64,000 nucleotides of DNA from Nitrospinaceae bacterium (lineage in GTDB: Bacteria; Nitrospinota; Nitrospinia; Nitrospinales; Nitrospinaceae). The stretch lies in assembly GCA_965237905.1 (NCBI GenBank), contig OZ250172.1:1312001-1376000 (forward strand), read 5' to 3'. Shown piece after piece: positions 40,195 to 50,211 of the stretch. The position numbers and the translations under genes are program-made. Below the pieces are notes generated by a model. It was not told the DNA's origin. It saw only the letters and a list, made by a program, of their open reading frames with translations, and ran no database searches. Position 1 is the stretch's first letter, and every line of letters starts with the position of its first letter.

Positions 40195-41364
40195 TTGAAA
40201 AACAGTTCCTTTATATATAGCGCGGTGCGCACCCCCATTGGCGGGTTTAATGGAACTTTATCTTCGATAGCGGCACCGGACCTGGCTTCCGCCGCTATTA
40301 AGGAAGCGCTCCGTAGAGCCGGGATAAACGGGGACCATATCGGGGAAGTTCTACTCGGTAATGTGCTGTCCGCCGGAATCGGCCAGGCACCGGCCCGCCA
40401 GGCGGCGCTCAAAAGCGGGCTCCCGGAAACCGTGGGCGCCACCACCATCAACAAGGTTTGCGGATCGGGAATGAAAGCCGTCATGTTGGCGGATCAGAGT
40501 CTTCGCTTGAACCAGGCGCAATTCATTGTAGCGGGAGGCATGGAAAGTATGAGCCGGGCGCCATTCCTGCTTCCACAAATGCGCCAGGGCAGAAAACTGG
40601 GAAATGCCTCTGCCATCGACAGCATGATCCACGATGGGTTATGTGATCCCCTGGAAAACGACCACATGGGGGAATTAAGTGAAAAGATTTCCCAACAACA
40701 CGGCATCTCCCGTGAAAGTCAGGATGCCTTCGCCGCCACCAGTTATCGACGTGCCCGCAAAGCTCAGGACGAGTGTATCTTTTCCCACGAAATAGTTCCC
40801 GTAACAATCATTTCGAAAAAGGATTCCTCTGTTGTGGACAGGGACGAACAACCTTATGCAGATGATCCCGACCAACTACCCTTGCTTCCTCCGGTCTTCG
40901 ATAAGCAAAGTGGCACCATCACCAAAGGAAACGGCGCCAAGATCAGCGATGGCGCGGCGGCTTTGGTGATCGGGCGGGAATCATCCGGCCACACGCCATT
41001 GGCCCGAATCGTAGGTTACGCCACCCATGCTCAATCGTCGGCCACCTTCGCCCTGGCGCCGGTGGAGGCCATCCACAAAGTGCTTCAATCCTGCGACCTC
41101 ACAATAAAAGATATCGACCTGTTTGAAATCAATGAAGCCTTTGCCGCCATGTCACTCATCGTCAATCAAACCCTGGGCCTGGATCCGGACCAAGTCAACG
41201 TTCATGGGGGATCCATCGCCCTGGGTCACCCGATCGGAGCTACAGGAGCCCGCATCCTGGTCACCCTGATCAACGCGTTGCAGACGAGAGGCTTGAAGCG
41301 GGGTTTGGCCAGCCTATGCATCGGAGGTGGGGAAGCGACGGCGATGGTGATTGAGTTGGTTTAA
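40195..41364 (+). CDS. Acetyl-CoA C-acyltransferase (thiolase), paralog of 24556..25740
   Basis: NKVCGSG, NEAF, GHPIGATG, CIGGG; TTG start. Confidence 0.93.
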   Translation: MKNSSFIYSAVRTPIGGFNGTLSSIAAPDLASAAIKEALRRAGINGDHIGEVLLGNVLSAGIGQAPARQAALKSGLPETVGATTINKVCGSGMKAVMLADQSLRLNQAQFIVAGGMESMSRAPFLLPQMRQGRKLGNASAIDSMIHDGLCDPLENDHMGELSEKISQQHGISRESQDAFAATSYRRARKAQDECIFSHEIVPVTIISKKDSSVVDRDEQPYADDPDQLPLLPPVFDKQSGTITKGNGAKISDGAAALVIGRESSGHTPLARIVGYATHAQSSATFALAPVEAIHKVLQSCDLTIKDIDLFEINEAFAAMSLIVNQTLGLDPDQVNVHGGSIALGHPIGATGARILVTLINALQTRGLKRGLASLCIGGGEATAMVIELV

Positions 41365-41385
41365 TTGTTTGGAAGGTGATCACAC

Positions 41386-43353
41386 GTGAGTGAAATTCTC
41401 TGGCAACCCGATCGCGAACGTATTCAACGTTCCCAAATGTTTCGTTTTCTTCAGAGCGTGAACGAAACATTTTCGCTCCACTTTAACACCTATCCTGAAC
41501 TCCATCGTTGGTCGGTTCAGGAATTGGAAACCTTCTGGGAGTATTACCGGATCTATTCAGGCATCCAGTTCTCCCGGCCTCCCGATAAAATTCTTTCAAC
41601 ACGATCCATGCCCGGTGCCCGCTGGTTTGAAGGCGCGGAACTCAATTATGCTCAAAATCTGCTGGCCGACCCTTCGGCAAAAACTGCCATTATCAGCAAA
41701 GTAGAAGGCCGGCCTCTGACTACTCTCTCCTACTCCGACCTGGCGCAACAGGTGAAACGATTTGGCGCAGCTCTCCTGGAATTGGGTATTCAGCCGGGAG
41801 ACCGGGTGGCAGGATTTATGCCGAACATTCCAGAGACGGTGATCGCCATGCTCGGCGCGACAGCCATTGGCGCTGTGTGGACATCCTGCTCCCCCGATTT
41901 CGGCTCACAGGGCCTGAAGGACCGGTTCGGTCAGGTGGAACCTTCTGTGCTGGTGTGCGTGGACGGTTACTTTTATAATGGCAAATCACATCCTGTCTTG
42001 GATACCGTCCAAGCCCTGGTGCATGAAGCCCGGCATTTGAAACACGTTGTGGTGGTGCCTTTCATGGATCCCGCAATGGATCCTGCCCAGGTGGAGTTTC
42101 CCGAAACCTCGCTGTGGGACGATTTTTTGAAATCGGGTTCTTCCCAATTCAGCTATCAACCGTTCGCCTTCAATCATCCACTGTTCGTGATGTATTCCTC
42201 GGGAACGACGGGCTTGCCCAAATGCATCGTTCACGGTGCCGGGGGCACTCTCCTGCAACACCACAAGGAACATGCCCTGCATACGGACATCGGCCCGGAA
42301 GACGTGGTGTTCTATTACACCACTTGCGGCTGGATGATGTGGAACTGGCTGGTTTCTGTATTGGCGCAAAAGGCCGCCATTGTGCTTTATGAGGGATCGC
42401 CGGGCTTCCCCGATCTGCATGCCCTATGGGACCTGATCGATGAAGCCAAAATCACCGTATTTGGCACCAGCCCCAAATTTTTATCGCAAAATATAAAAAC
42501 CCGAATTGAGCCTTCAAAACGCTCCGATTTTCCGACCTTGCGCACGATTTTGTCTACGGGAGCGCCTTTGGACGAAGAATGTTTTCGCTGGGTATATCAC
42601 CATGTCAAAGCCGATCTGCAATTGTCCTCCATCAGCGGCGGGACCGATATCATTTCCTGTTTCATGCTGGGCAACCCGATGCTTCCGGTGCGTTGCGAAG
42701 AAATTCAATGCCTGGGATTGGGAATGGATGTGGTCTCCCTGAATGGCAAAGGACAACCTGTCCTCAACCAAAAAGGGGAACTGGCCTGCCGGTCTCCCGA
42801 GCCCTCCATGCCGGTTTCATTCTGGAATGATCACGATGGTTCAAAGTATTCCGAAGCATATTTCGACAAGATTGCCGGCATCTGGTTGCATGGGGATTAC
42901 ATTGAAGTGCGCGACTCGGGCGGGGTCATCGTTTACGGCCGAAGCGACGCCACACTGAATCCGGGAGGAGTCCGAATCGGCACCGCAGAGATTTACCGCA
43001 TCGTCGAACGCCTGGAAGAAGTCATGGACAGCTTGGTCATCGGCGTCGAAGAGGACAATGATCTGCAGATGCTTCTGTTCCTGGTTTTAAAAAATAGTCG
43101 AGATCTGGATGCCGATCTCAAACTTAAAATTCAGCAAACGCTACGCCGCGAAGCCACTCCGCGCCACGTTCCTAACGAGATGTATTCGGTGGGGGGGGTT
43201 CCAAAGACTCTGAACGGAAAGAAAATGGAGTTGGCGGTGCGGGAAATTTTTCAGGGAACTCAAACGGAAAACCGGTCTTCCATGAGCAACCCCGAATGCC
43301 TGAAGGATTACGAGGTTATATCGAGCAACCGTTCAGTGAAAGATCACTCATGA
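41386..43353 (+). CDS. Acetoacetate--CoA ligase
   Basis: YSSGTTGLPKCIVH, GWMMWNWL, SISGGTD, GRSDATLNPGGVRIGTAEIY. Confidence 0.93.
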   Translation: MSEILWQPDRERIQRSQMFRFLQSVNETFSLHFNTYPELHRWSVQELETFWEYYRIYSGIQFSRPPDKILSTRSMPGARWFEGAELNYAQNLLADPSAKTAIISKVEGRPLTTLSYSDLAQQVKRFGAALLELGIQPGDRVAGFMPNIPETVIAMLGATAIGAVWTSCSPDFGSQGLKDRFGQVEPSVLVCVDGYFYNGKSHPVLDTVQALVHEARHLKHVVVVPFMDPAMDPAQVEFPETSLWDDFLKSGSSQFSYQPFAFNHPLFVMYSSGTTGLPKCIVHGAGGTLLQHHKEHALHTDIGPEDVVFYYTTCGWMMWNWLVSVLAQKAAIVLYEGSPGFPDLHALWDLIDEAKITVFGTSPKFLSQNIKTRIEPSKRSDFPTLRTILSTGAPLDEECFRWVYHHVKADLQLSSISGGTDIISCFMLGNPMLPVRCEEIQCLGLGMDVVSLNGKGQPVLNQKGELACRSPEPSMPVSFWNDHDGSKYSEAYFDKIAGIWLHGDYIEVRDSGGVIVYGRSDATLNPGGVRIGTAEIYRIVERLEEVMDSLVIGVEEDNDLQMLLFLVLKNSRDLDADLKLKIQQTLRREATPRHVPNEMYSVGGVPKTLNGKKMELAVREIFQGTQTENRSSMSNPECLKDYEVISSNRSVKDHS

Positions 43354-43406
43354 ACGAGCCAGGGATCCGTAAATTCGCGTGGAGGAGTGTTCCAACAACC
43401 GGGCCT

Positions 43407-44237
43407 TTATCTTTGCCGGGCCATGGTGGGTTGTTTTTCCAGTTCACGCCGGGACTGGTCCAAACCCAACCAGAAGGTATGGATGGCTTCAAGGGCCTGT
43501 TTGCCGGCACGAATAAATTTGTCTCCATCAAAACCCGGCTTAAAAAAAGATTCCTTGAGTTCCTCCAACACATTGTCCCCATGCCCCTTTTCACTATTGA
43601 AATGAAACAGGAAAAAATCCAGCGGTATGGGTGCTTCACCGGAATGCTGATTATTGCGGTTGTATTTTTCAATTCCGGTGATCAGTTCCTTCCAGAAATT
43701 GTAGGATTCGGCTTCCTCGCCCTTGCCCAGCCCCCAGGCCGCCCAGGTTTCGATGGCGTAACTGGCACCCCGGCCGACTTCCCCATCCTTACTGCCATAA
43801 GTCTCTTCCAGTCCATGAATAAATGCACGGGTGGCGGGCGCAGCGGATTCCCAGTTTCCCAGACCAATAGAGTCCAAACCTATGTTTTGCGCAGTTTCTC
43901 GAAGCCAATTGATATGCGCCCAGGAGGTTTTAAAGGGTTGGTCTTCGGTAGAACCGTTGGGGTGGGTTTTTACTCCCAACTCGTTGGCCAGGATGTAACG
44001 GGCATGGGTTTCGGCTTCCAGATCCGCCGCGTTGAGGAGCCGCATCATCTGAGCCAGCAAAAACCATTTGGAGAAGACGGCAAATTGTTTAAAAAGATCG
44101 ATCAACTGAGGTTTTGTGAATTCGCCCTTTTTAAACCATTTGCAGTAACTATTGTTGGTTATTACCGGATGCTCATGAATTTCGGTTTGAATGGCTTTCC
44201 AAAATTCGTCAAATTCCTTTTGCCTGATGGTATTCAT
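43407..44237 (-). CDS. Heme-oxygenase-like diiron (HDO; TenA/PqqC/CADD superfamily) protein
   Basis: HPV, NELG..AH, IE, HFNSEKGH metal-ligand pattern; start uncertain (44237/44249/44263). Confidence 0.7.
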   Translation of the reverse strand: MNTIRQKEFDEFWKAIQTEIHEHPVITNNSYCKWFKKGEFTKPQLIDLFKQFAVFSKWFLLAQMMRLLNAADLEAETHARYILANELGVKTHPNGSTEDQPFKTSWAHINWLRETAQNIGLDSIGLGNWESAAPATRAFIHGLEETYGSKDGEVGRGASYAIETWAAWGLGKGEEAESYNFWKELITGIEKYNRNNQHSGEAPIPLDFFLFHFNSEKGHGDNVLEELKESFFKPGFDGDKFIRAGKQALEAIHTFWLGLDQSRRELEKQPTMARQR

Positions 44238-44464
44238 AACAATTCTCAACTTTTGCGGTTCATAATTTCCCCCTCATTTTTTCATGGTCGGTTTCTCCTG
44301 GGTTTTAGGACCACTGTTGTATTTCGGTCGGGTTTTGGAGAACATACCCACACAAATAGTCTAACAGATCGGCTCTTTTCCGGGGTCAAAATCCGACCCG
44401 GACGAGTACATTATAACCCTTTGTTTCTTAAATTCTTATTCCCGACCCAAGGAGGTGCGGGCCG

Positions 44465-45820
44465 ATGAAAGTACAATCCCTTCGCGGTCAATGGTCTTCC
44501 CGCCTAACGTTTATCCTGGCGGCCACCGGTTCAGCGGTCGGGCTGGGAAATATCTGGAAGTTTCCTTATACGGCAGGGCAGAACGGAGGCGGGGCTTTTG
44601 TATTGGTGTATCTGGTTTGCATTTTTCTGATGGGGATTCCTATCATGATCGCGGAAGTGATGCTGGGTCGGCGCGCCCGGCAAAATCCCATCAACGCCAT
44701 GGCCACTTTGGCGGAACAGGAGCACCACAGCCCGGGTTGGGCAATGATCGGATGGTCGGGAACCCTGGCCGGGTTTTTTATTTTTTCCTTTTACAGCGTT
44801 ATTTCGGGTTGGGTGTTGTATTACATTTATCTTTCATGGGATCCCGGTTTTTCCGGTCTGACCATGGAGGAGTCGCAATCCTTGTTCCAGAATATGGTGG
44901 AGGACCCGTACGGACTCATCGGTTGCCACACGCTGTTTGTGGTCATGACTTTTTGGGTTGTGGCGCGTGGCATCCAAACCGGGCTGGAAAGGGCGGTTAA
45001 AATTCTCATGCCGGGCCTTTTGGTTCTTTTACTGCTCCTGTTGGGTTACTCCATGAATTATGGATCCTTTGGAGAAGCACTCCGGTTTTTGTTTCAGCCG
45101 GATTGGGATCACTTCTCCGGACAAAGCGTTCTGGCGGCCATGGGGCAGGCGTTTTTCACCTTAAGCCTGGCCATGGGGGCCATGATGGTTTACGGATCCT
45201 ACCTCCCTTCCGATATTTCGATTCCACGCGCCTGCATCGTTGTGGCACTTTCCGATACCGCCATCGCGTTGTTGTCGGGCTTAGTGATTTTTCCCATCGT
45301 GTTTGCCCAGGGTATGGCGCCGGCTTCCGGGCCCGGTTTGATTTTTCAGACTCTGCCGGTGGCGTTCGGCGCCATGCCGGGAGGGCAATGGTTCGCCTTT
45401 ATGTTTTTCATCCTGTTGGTATTTGCCGCCTGGACGTCTTCGATTTCCATAGTGGAACCGGGAGTGTCCTGGCTGGTGGAAAACCATGGGTGGAGCCGCC
45501 CACGGGCCTCGGTCATGATAGGTTTTGGGGGATGGCTGGTAGGACTGGGCACAGTGTTTTCATTCAACCTGTGGAAGGAGTTTACTGTCCTGGGTAAAAC
45601 GCTTTTTGAATGCCTCGATTATTTGACCTCCAACCTGATGCTGCCGCTGGGAGGAATGGCCATCACCATTTTTGCCTGTTGGAAACTTTCGGTCAACTCC
45701 ACGCGCAATGAATTAAACCTGCTGGGCCCATTCGAATTCAATCTGTGGCGTGGGGTTACCGGGATTCTCGCTCCCACGGCGGTTCTCCTGGTATGCTTAA
45801 ATTCCCTTGGGGTATTTTAG
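44465..45820 (+). CDS. Sodium-dependent transporter, NSS/SNF family
   Basis: GSAVGLGNIWKFPY..G.NGGGAF, GQAFFTLS, GPGL.F. Confidence 0.95.
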   Translation: MKVQSLRGQWSSRLTFILAATGSAVGLGNIWKFPYTAGQNGGGAFVLVYLVCIFLMGIPIMIAEVMLGRRARQNPINAMATLAEQEHHSPGWAMIGWSGTLAGFFIFSFYSVISGWVLYYIYLSWDPGFSGLTMEESQSLFQNMVEDPYGLIGCHTLFVVMTFWVVARGIQTGLERAVKILMPGLLVLLLLLLGYSMNYGSFGEALRFLFQPDWDHFSGQSVLAAMGQAFFTLSLAMGAMMVYGSYLPSDISIPRACIVVALSDTAIALLSGLVIFPIVFAQGMAPASGPGLIFQTLPVAFGAMPGGQWFAFMFFILLVFAAWTSSISIVEPGVSWLVENHGWSRPRASVMIGFGGWLVGLGTVFSFNLWKEFTVLGKTLFECLDYLTSNLMLPLGGMAITIFACWKLSVNSTRNELNLLGPFEFNLWRGVTGILAPTAVLLVCLNSLGVF

Positions 45821-45821
45821 A

Positions 45822-45893
45822 GTCGCCAGCCCCATGATCATCCGCAAACAGCTGTCGGTCGTCGAGGAGCGCATACTGCGGGAACTGAAGGGG
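45822..45893 (+). pseudogene. Internal fragment of Y-family polymerase UmuC
   Basis: Reads VASPMIIRKQLSVVEERILRELKG, resembling the UmuC IRK.F.VV.ER..REL.G segment. Confidence 0.55.
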
Positions 45894-45995
45894 CAGTGCC
45901 GGAAACCCCATTTTCACGGCGGCCTGGACCAAGGTCTCCACGCTGGGAACCCCACCCAGCAACGAATAGAAGCTGTGGCAATTTAAATGGACCAT
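45891..45995 (-). pseudogene. N-terminal PHP fragment of DnaE-type polymerase
   Basis: Reads MVHLNCHSFYSLLGGVPSVETLVQAAVKMGFPAL, matching the HL..HS.YS.L.G PHP start; truncated. Confidence 0.65.
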
Positions 45996-46130
45996 AAGCA
46001 AATAAAAAGCGAAAATAGAGGTCAAAAAAAATGAGTTCTTAACGAGTTATCTGGGAGGCCATTCTAACGGGAATTGGAGCAGGGAGTCAATGGGGGAGGA
46101 AATTCTTTTTGGGCTTCGGCTGCCGCTTTT

Positions 46131-46734
46131 TTAATGTCACCATTTGTCAACACCCTTTAGGCCTCGATTATGGCCTTTTTAACCTTAACATTGCTTAACA
46201 GCCGGAATCTCCAGTTTTTCAGAAGCTCCCTCTTTATGTGTCCAAAAAATCCGCTCTTTTTATGGACCCAAAAAACTCAGCCTCCTTATTTTGTAATCCT
46301 TTTTATTGACTGTAAAAACTCTGGGTGAAGGAGTGGTTTATTGCCCTCCAAGACGTGAGTTTTCGTGAGTAGTCTGAACTCTGTTAATTGACCTGAGGAC
46401 TCCCAAAGGGATCTTTCTGAATGTTAGCTTTTGTTAGCCACCAGGAAAGGATTTTAGGCCTCCGGAATGTTAACATTTTTCAACATGCCGGGCCGCAATC
46501 TTCTCTGTCAAATGCCAGGTTTTGACAGGTTCCAGGCGCTCCCGCTTTTCAACAATCTTCAACATCCTCCTGCCTCCGAAGTGCCCTCCCAAACCTTAAC
46601 ATTCCCTAACATCTGGCGCCTGGGGATGGCTTCCTGGATACCAACATTTACCAACAACTTTGGACTCTTGGATGTTAACTTTTGTTAACCACCTGTGGCC
46701 TTCTGAATCGATTACAAAACTGAAGTTTTCTGAA
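46131..46734. repeat. Right array of 10-bp-period doublet motifs
   Basis: About 11 units; exact 23-bp (46353-46375 = 13824-13846) and 21-bp (46638-46658 = 14030-14050) blocks and a 60/67 block (46668-46734 vs 13888-13954) shared with left array. Confidence 0.75.
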
Positions 46735-46905
46735 GCAGTACGGGGCAGGGTTAAACTTCTAGTTTCCCCCAGTACCTATCGTAACCATGCGTCAGTGGCT
46801 ACCCCAAAAAATAGGCTGAATATGACTGGGTGGCTGAGTTAAAGATTTTTGGTATATTTTTGTTGTCATGGGTTGGTGGGACGGGCGTGGTACCGCGCAC
46901 GACCA

Positions 46906-46936
46906 GAGTGCCTGCTTTCGACCCAAAGCGGACGTC
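46906..46936 (-). repeat. Palindromic GTCCGCTTTGGGTCG-type motif A
   Basis: Reverse complement gacgtccgctttgggtcgaaagcaggcac; 17 bp identical to 48348-48364. Confidence 0.6.
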
Positions 46937-46981
46937 CACATAGTTAGCAAGCAGATGATGACAGATGAAGAAGCGATGGCG

Positions 46982-47365
46982 TTAACTCTTAGCCCACCTG
47001 TTAATTTCGGGATCCCAAAATGCACCGTCCCCGATATAGCCATACTGAATTTCCAGATATTCTTCTATACGGTTTGGGCGGGGATACATGCTTCCTTCGA
47101 ACTCAATCCGATCGAGGGGAAAGATCACTATCCCCGGAATGAAGGATGTATCTACCCCGAATCCTTGGTATTGTTGAACGTAGGTCTTGTCCTGTTCGTT
47201 GTATTGGTAAAACATCACATCACAGCAAACCAATGGCCATTGGATCTCTCTCCCTTCGAAAGTCCCCTTGAAGGTTCCACCGGTCTTCAGCCAGATCCGG
47301 TAGCCTCTGCAATGGCCTCCTTTTCTCTCACTAGCGTAAAAGAAAAATTCCGGAAGTATTTTCAC
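46982..47365 (-). pseudogene. C-terminal fragment of LicD-like nucleotidyltransferase
   Basis: IFPL...FEG..YP.P...E.YL...YG pattern; N-terminal catalytic part absent. Confidence 0.5.
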
Positions 47366-47446
47366 CGGATGATTTTCAATTTTTCAACCGAAAATGCTGT
47401 AGATTAACTGGGCGACTCCATCTGTTTCCAGGAGGAAAGAGTAATC

Positions 47447-48139
47447 ATGAATAAAGTGATCGGCACAGTCCTTCTGGCGGGTCTTCTGATCGGCTTTCTG
47501 ATATGGAGTACACCGGTGACGCGGCTAGGTTCCGGGTTTTTGATCGGAAACACCCGGTTTGTTCTCACCTATTACGACCTGGTGAAGGATGCTGAGAACA
47601 TCCAAGTCAAATTTCCCAATGAAGACGATATTCCGGCAAAATGGATATATAAAGGCAAAACGGACAACGTGGTGATTCTAGAATTGCTGGGGCCCCCAAA
47701 AGTAAAAAGAGAACCGCTTTCCATTCAGGCAGAAAATGCACTCTTAAAAGAAAGCTATGTTTTCTCTCTGGGTTACCCCTGGACGAACACTCTTGAAGAC
47801 AGGCATACTTTTCTCGAAGGATCCCTGGCATCACTGGAAGAAAATGCTTCCGGTTTTTTGGAAATCCATATGGACGTGGACCCGATCCACAGCGGCAGCC
47901 CTTTGTTCGACGGGAACAGAGAGGTCGTGGGAATGGTTATTTCGGCTAAAACGCTGTATGACCGTGGGGATTATTCTGGAAAACTGAACCTGGCGATCCC
48001 TGCTGCGGTTTTAATCGATGTGATGAAAACAAATAAAATATTCGGGAATGCCAATTCGGCTCCAACACTAAAAAACCTTCCTATAGAGGAATTCATAGAA
48101 GCGACAAGAAACAATGTTGTCCTGATCGAGGCGAGTTGA
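47447..48139 (+). CDS. Membrane-anchored trypsin-like domain protein, probably inactive
   Basis: GSGF, LTYYDLV (His lost), LGYP, HSGSPLFD..G.VVG; AGGAGG RBS. Confidence 0.7.
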   Translation: MNKVIGTVLLAGLLIGFLIWSTPVTRLGSGFLIGNTRFVLTYYDLVKDAENIQVKFPNEDDIPAKWIYKGKTDNVVILELLGPPKVKREPLSIQAENALLKESYVFSLGYPWTNTLEDRHTFLEGSLASLEENASGFLEIHMDVDPIHSGSPLFDGNREVVGMVISAKTLYDRGDYSGKLNLAIPAAVLIDVMKTNKIFGNANSAPTLKNLPIEEFIEATRNNVVLIEAS

Positions 48140-48340
48140 AATTTTAGTCAGAGAACCTGCTGACCGATTCACCCGACGAGATCATGCGGCAGATCGAAAT
48201 CTCGCGCCAGAAAATGATCACCGGCACCGCCAAAAATATACTGAACATCAAGAACGGCAACTCCGGCCAACCCGTTGAAGAGGGTATCCCGCCATATTGT
48301 GTATAATGTCCAGGTAGGCTCTCAGTTAGAAATCTAAATT

Positions 48341-48366
48341 ACTGGAATCGACCCAAAGCGGACGAT
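48341..48366 (-). repeat. Palindromic motif B
   Basis: Reverse complement atcgtccgctttgggtcgattccagt. Confidence 0.55.
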
Positions 48367-48426
48367 AAATTTAAGGTCATACAAACTTAATATTAAAAAC
48401 TTAGGTGAAAACAAAGGAGATATAAA

Positions 48427-49086
48427 ATGACGATTGCTGATGGACTTATGATTGGAGCAGTGTTGTTGGCTCCTTTGGTGGCCATTCAAGTACAAAAATG
48501 TCTAGAGAGCTAGAAAGAAAAAAATGAGAGAAAAGTGCAAATATTCAAAACGCTTATGTCTACTCGTGCGAGACGACTAGACCACTCACATGTCGAAGCA
48601 CTTAATATGATTGATCTGGTATTTTCGGGCGATTATGTTTGTGAAAAATGGACTGAATATTTGGATTCTCTTGCAACAGTACCTAAAAAACCTGCTGTTG
48701 ATGCTTCTGAAGCAGAGCAAAGAACTTATGATCAAGACCTCAAAACATGGATTGCTGGGCATGATGATAAATTTATAGATTTGCTCTATGAAATGTCTCG
48801 CGCTTTAAATTACAAGTTCGACAAAGTTCACTTGAAAAAAAGCATTTATTACCCGATAGCTCACTCTGACCTTGAATTAGAACAGCAAATTCTCCGCAGA
48901 GCGGCGTTATCGTTTTTTAGTGGAAATCACCCTGTTAAAATGGATGTAACTAAAATGCCTTCTCCTAGTGACCAAGATGAAATTATAGAAGTGCAAGCTA
49001 AAATTAGAAAGTACATTCTGGATTTAATGGAAGGGGAAAAAAGTTTTCCAGTATCCATGTCTGAGCCAGAAGAGAGAGCATCCTAA
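48427..49086 (+). pseudogene. DUF6680-like membrane-anchored protein interrupted by in-frame TAG at 48511
   Basis: AAAGGAG RBS, MTIADGLMIGAVLLAPLVAIQVQKCLES*KEKNERKVQIFKTLMSTR..HVEALNMIDLVF in one frame. Confidence 0.7.
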
Positions 49087-49147
49087 AAAGAAGACAAAGA
49101 AAGCCTTTCCCCTAAAAAACCTATTTGTTGGCTGTTCTTTTATTCTA

Positions 49148-49177
49148 AATGTCAGCTTCTGGCCGTTCCTACCGACA
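49148..49177 (+). repeat. Palindromic motif C
   Basis: aatgtcagcttctggccgttcctaccgaca. Confidence 0.45.
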
Positions 49178-49217
49178 GAAACCGTTAGGCGAACGTCTGG
49201 TTTAAGTTGCACCACAT

Positions 49218-49251
49218 TTATGCTGAGGCTGCATCAGCGTCACGCTCTCAA
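49218..49251 (+). repeat. 34-bp direct repeat copy 1
   Basis: TTATGCTGAGGCTGCATCAGCGTCACGCTCTCAA identical to 51146..51179. Confidence 0.9.
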
Positions 49252-49445
49252 AGCATTTCCGGCATCTGTAGGGGATGAAGAGGGCCATAGAAGACTTCCT
49301 AGGTTTTTGGTCCGAATCCTAACATAAACTCTGGACCACTTTTCGGGGGGCAGGTCATTTTCAACGGCTTTATTCCGGGTAATTGTATTGACTTTTTTAG
49401 CTTTGTGATTAAAATTAGCCCATTCAATCCTTAAAGACCGTGCAT

Positions 49446-50201
49446 ATGAACCTTTTTTCCCGTTTGTACAGGATTCCACTGGCTCTGGCTATTCTGCTTC
49501 TTTTAGCGCAGGACGCTACCGCTTTAACCTTCCCTGAAAAACCTCCCGATGAAGATTTTTTTGTCGACTCCGCTGGCTTGATCAAGGAGGAAGACAAACC
49601 GACCCTCAACGAGATCACAAAAAAATTACTGGCAGAAGAAAGTATTCCAATTTATGTAGTCACCATAGAATCCCTGGCCGGGCAGGATGCGGTGAGTTTT
49701 CCCATAGAAAGATATACCACGGAACTGTTCAATCACTGGGGTATCGGGTTCAAAGATAGAAACAACGGCATGCTGTTGTTGATTTCCAGGGACGACCGCA
49801 AGGCGCGAATCGAATTGGGAGCGGACTGGGGCCGGGAATACGATTATCAGGCGAAGCAGATCATGGACGAACTGATCGTCCCGAGTTTTAAGCGGGGAGA
49901 TTTTTCTACGGGTATCCTGGATGGGGTAAGGGGTATGGAAGCGATGGCGAGGGGACTCCAATTGCCCAAACCCACAGCGCCCTGGTGGGTATTGCCCCTC
50001 ATCATTTTGGTTATTATTGGCTTCGTCCTATTGATCATCAACCTGTTCAAGACGGGGAAGTCGGGATGGGCCTGGGCACTTATCGCGTTTTTGGGAGTGG
50101 CTATTTTCTTCATGCTTAGAGCCGCGGCTTCCAGCGGAGGAAGTGGTGGCGGATTCGGCGGTGGGTTCTCAGGCGGCGGCGGAGCCACGGGGTCATGGTA
50201 A
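49446..50201 (+). CDS. TPM-domain protein (YgcG-like)
   Basis: VD.AGLI, FN.WGIG..D.NNG.LLL, RIELG, C-terminal GGGFSGGGGATGSW. Confidence 0.9.
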   Translation: MNLFSRLYRIPLALAILLLLAQDATALTFPEKPPDEDFFVDSAGLIKEEDKPTLNEITKKLLAEESIPIYVVTIESLAGQDAVSFPIERYTTELFNHWGIGFKDRNNGMLLLISRDDRKARIELGADWGREYDYQAKQIMDELIVPSFKRGDFSTGILDGVRGMEAMARGLQLPKPTAPWWVLPLIILVIIGFVLLIINLFKTGKSGWAWALIAFLGVAIFFMLRAAASSGGSGGGFGGGFSGGGGATGSW

Positions 50202-50211
50202 AGGATGAATA

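Noticed and set aside
48150..48300. Coding-like fragment LLTDSPDEIMRQIEISRQKMITG
   Set aside because: No start or RBS and no family recognised; probably debris
49184..49190. GTTAGGC as an integron attC R' site
   Set aside because: No matching RYYYAAC or L boxes upstream and no intI gene
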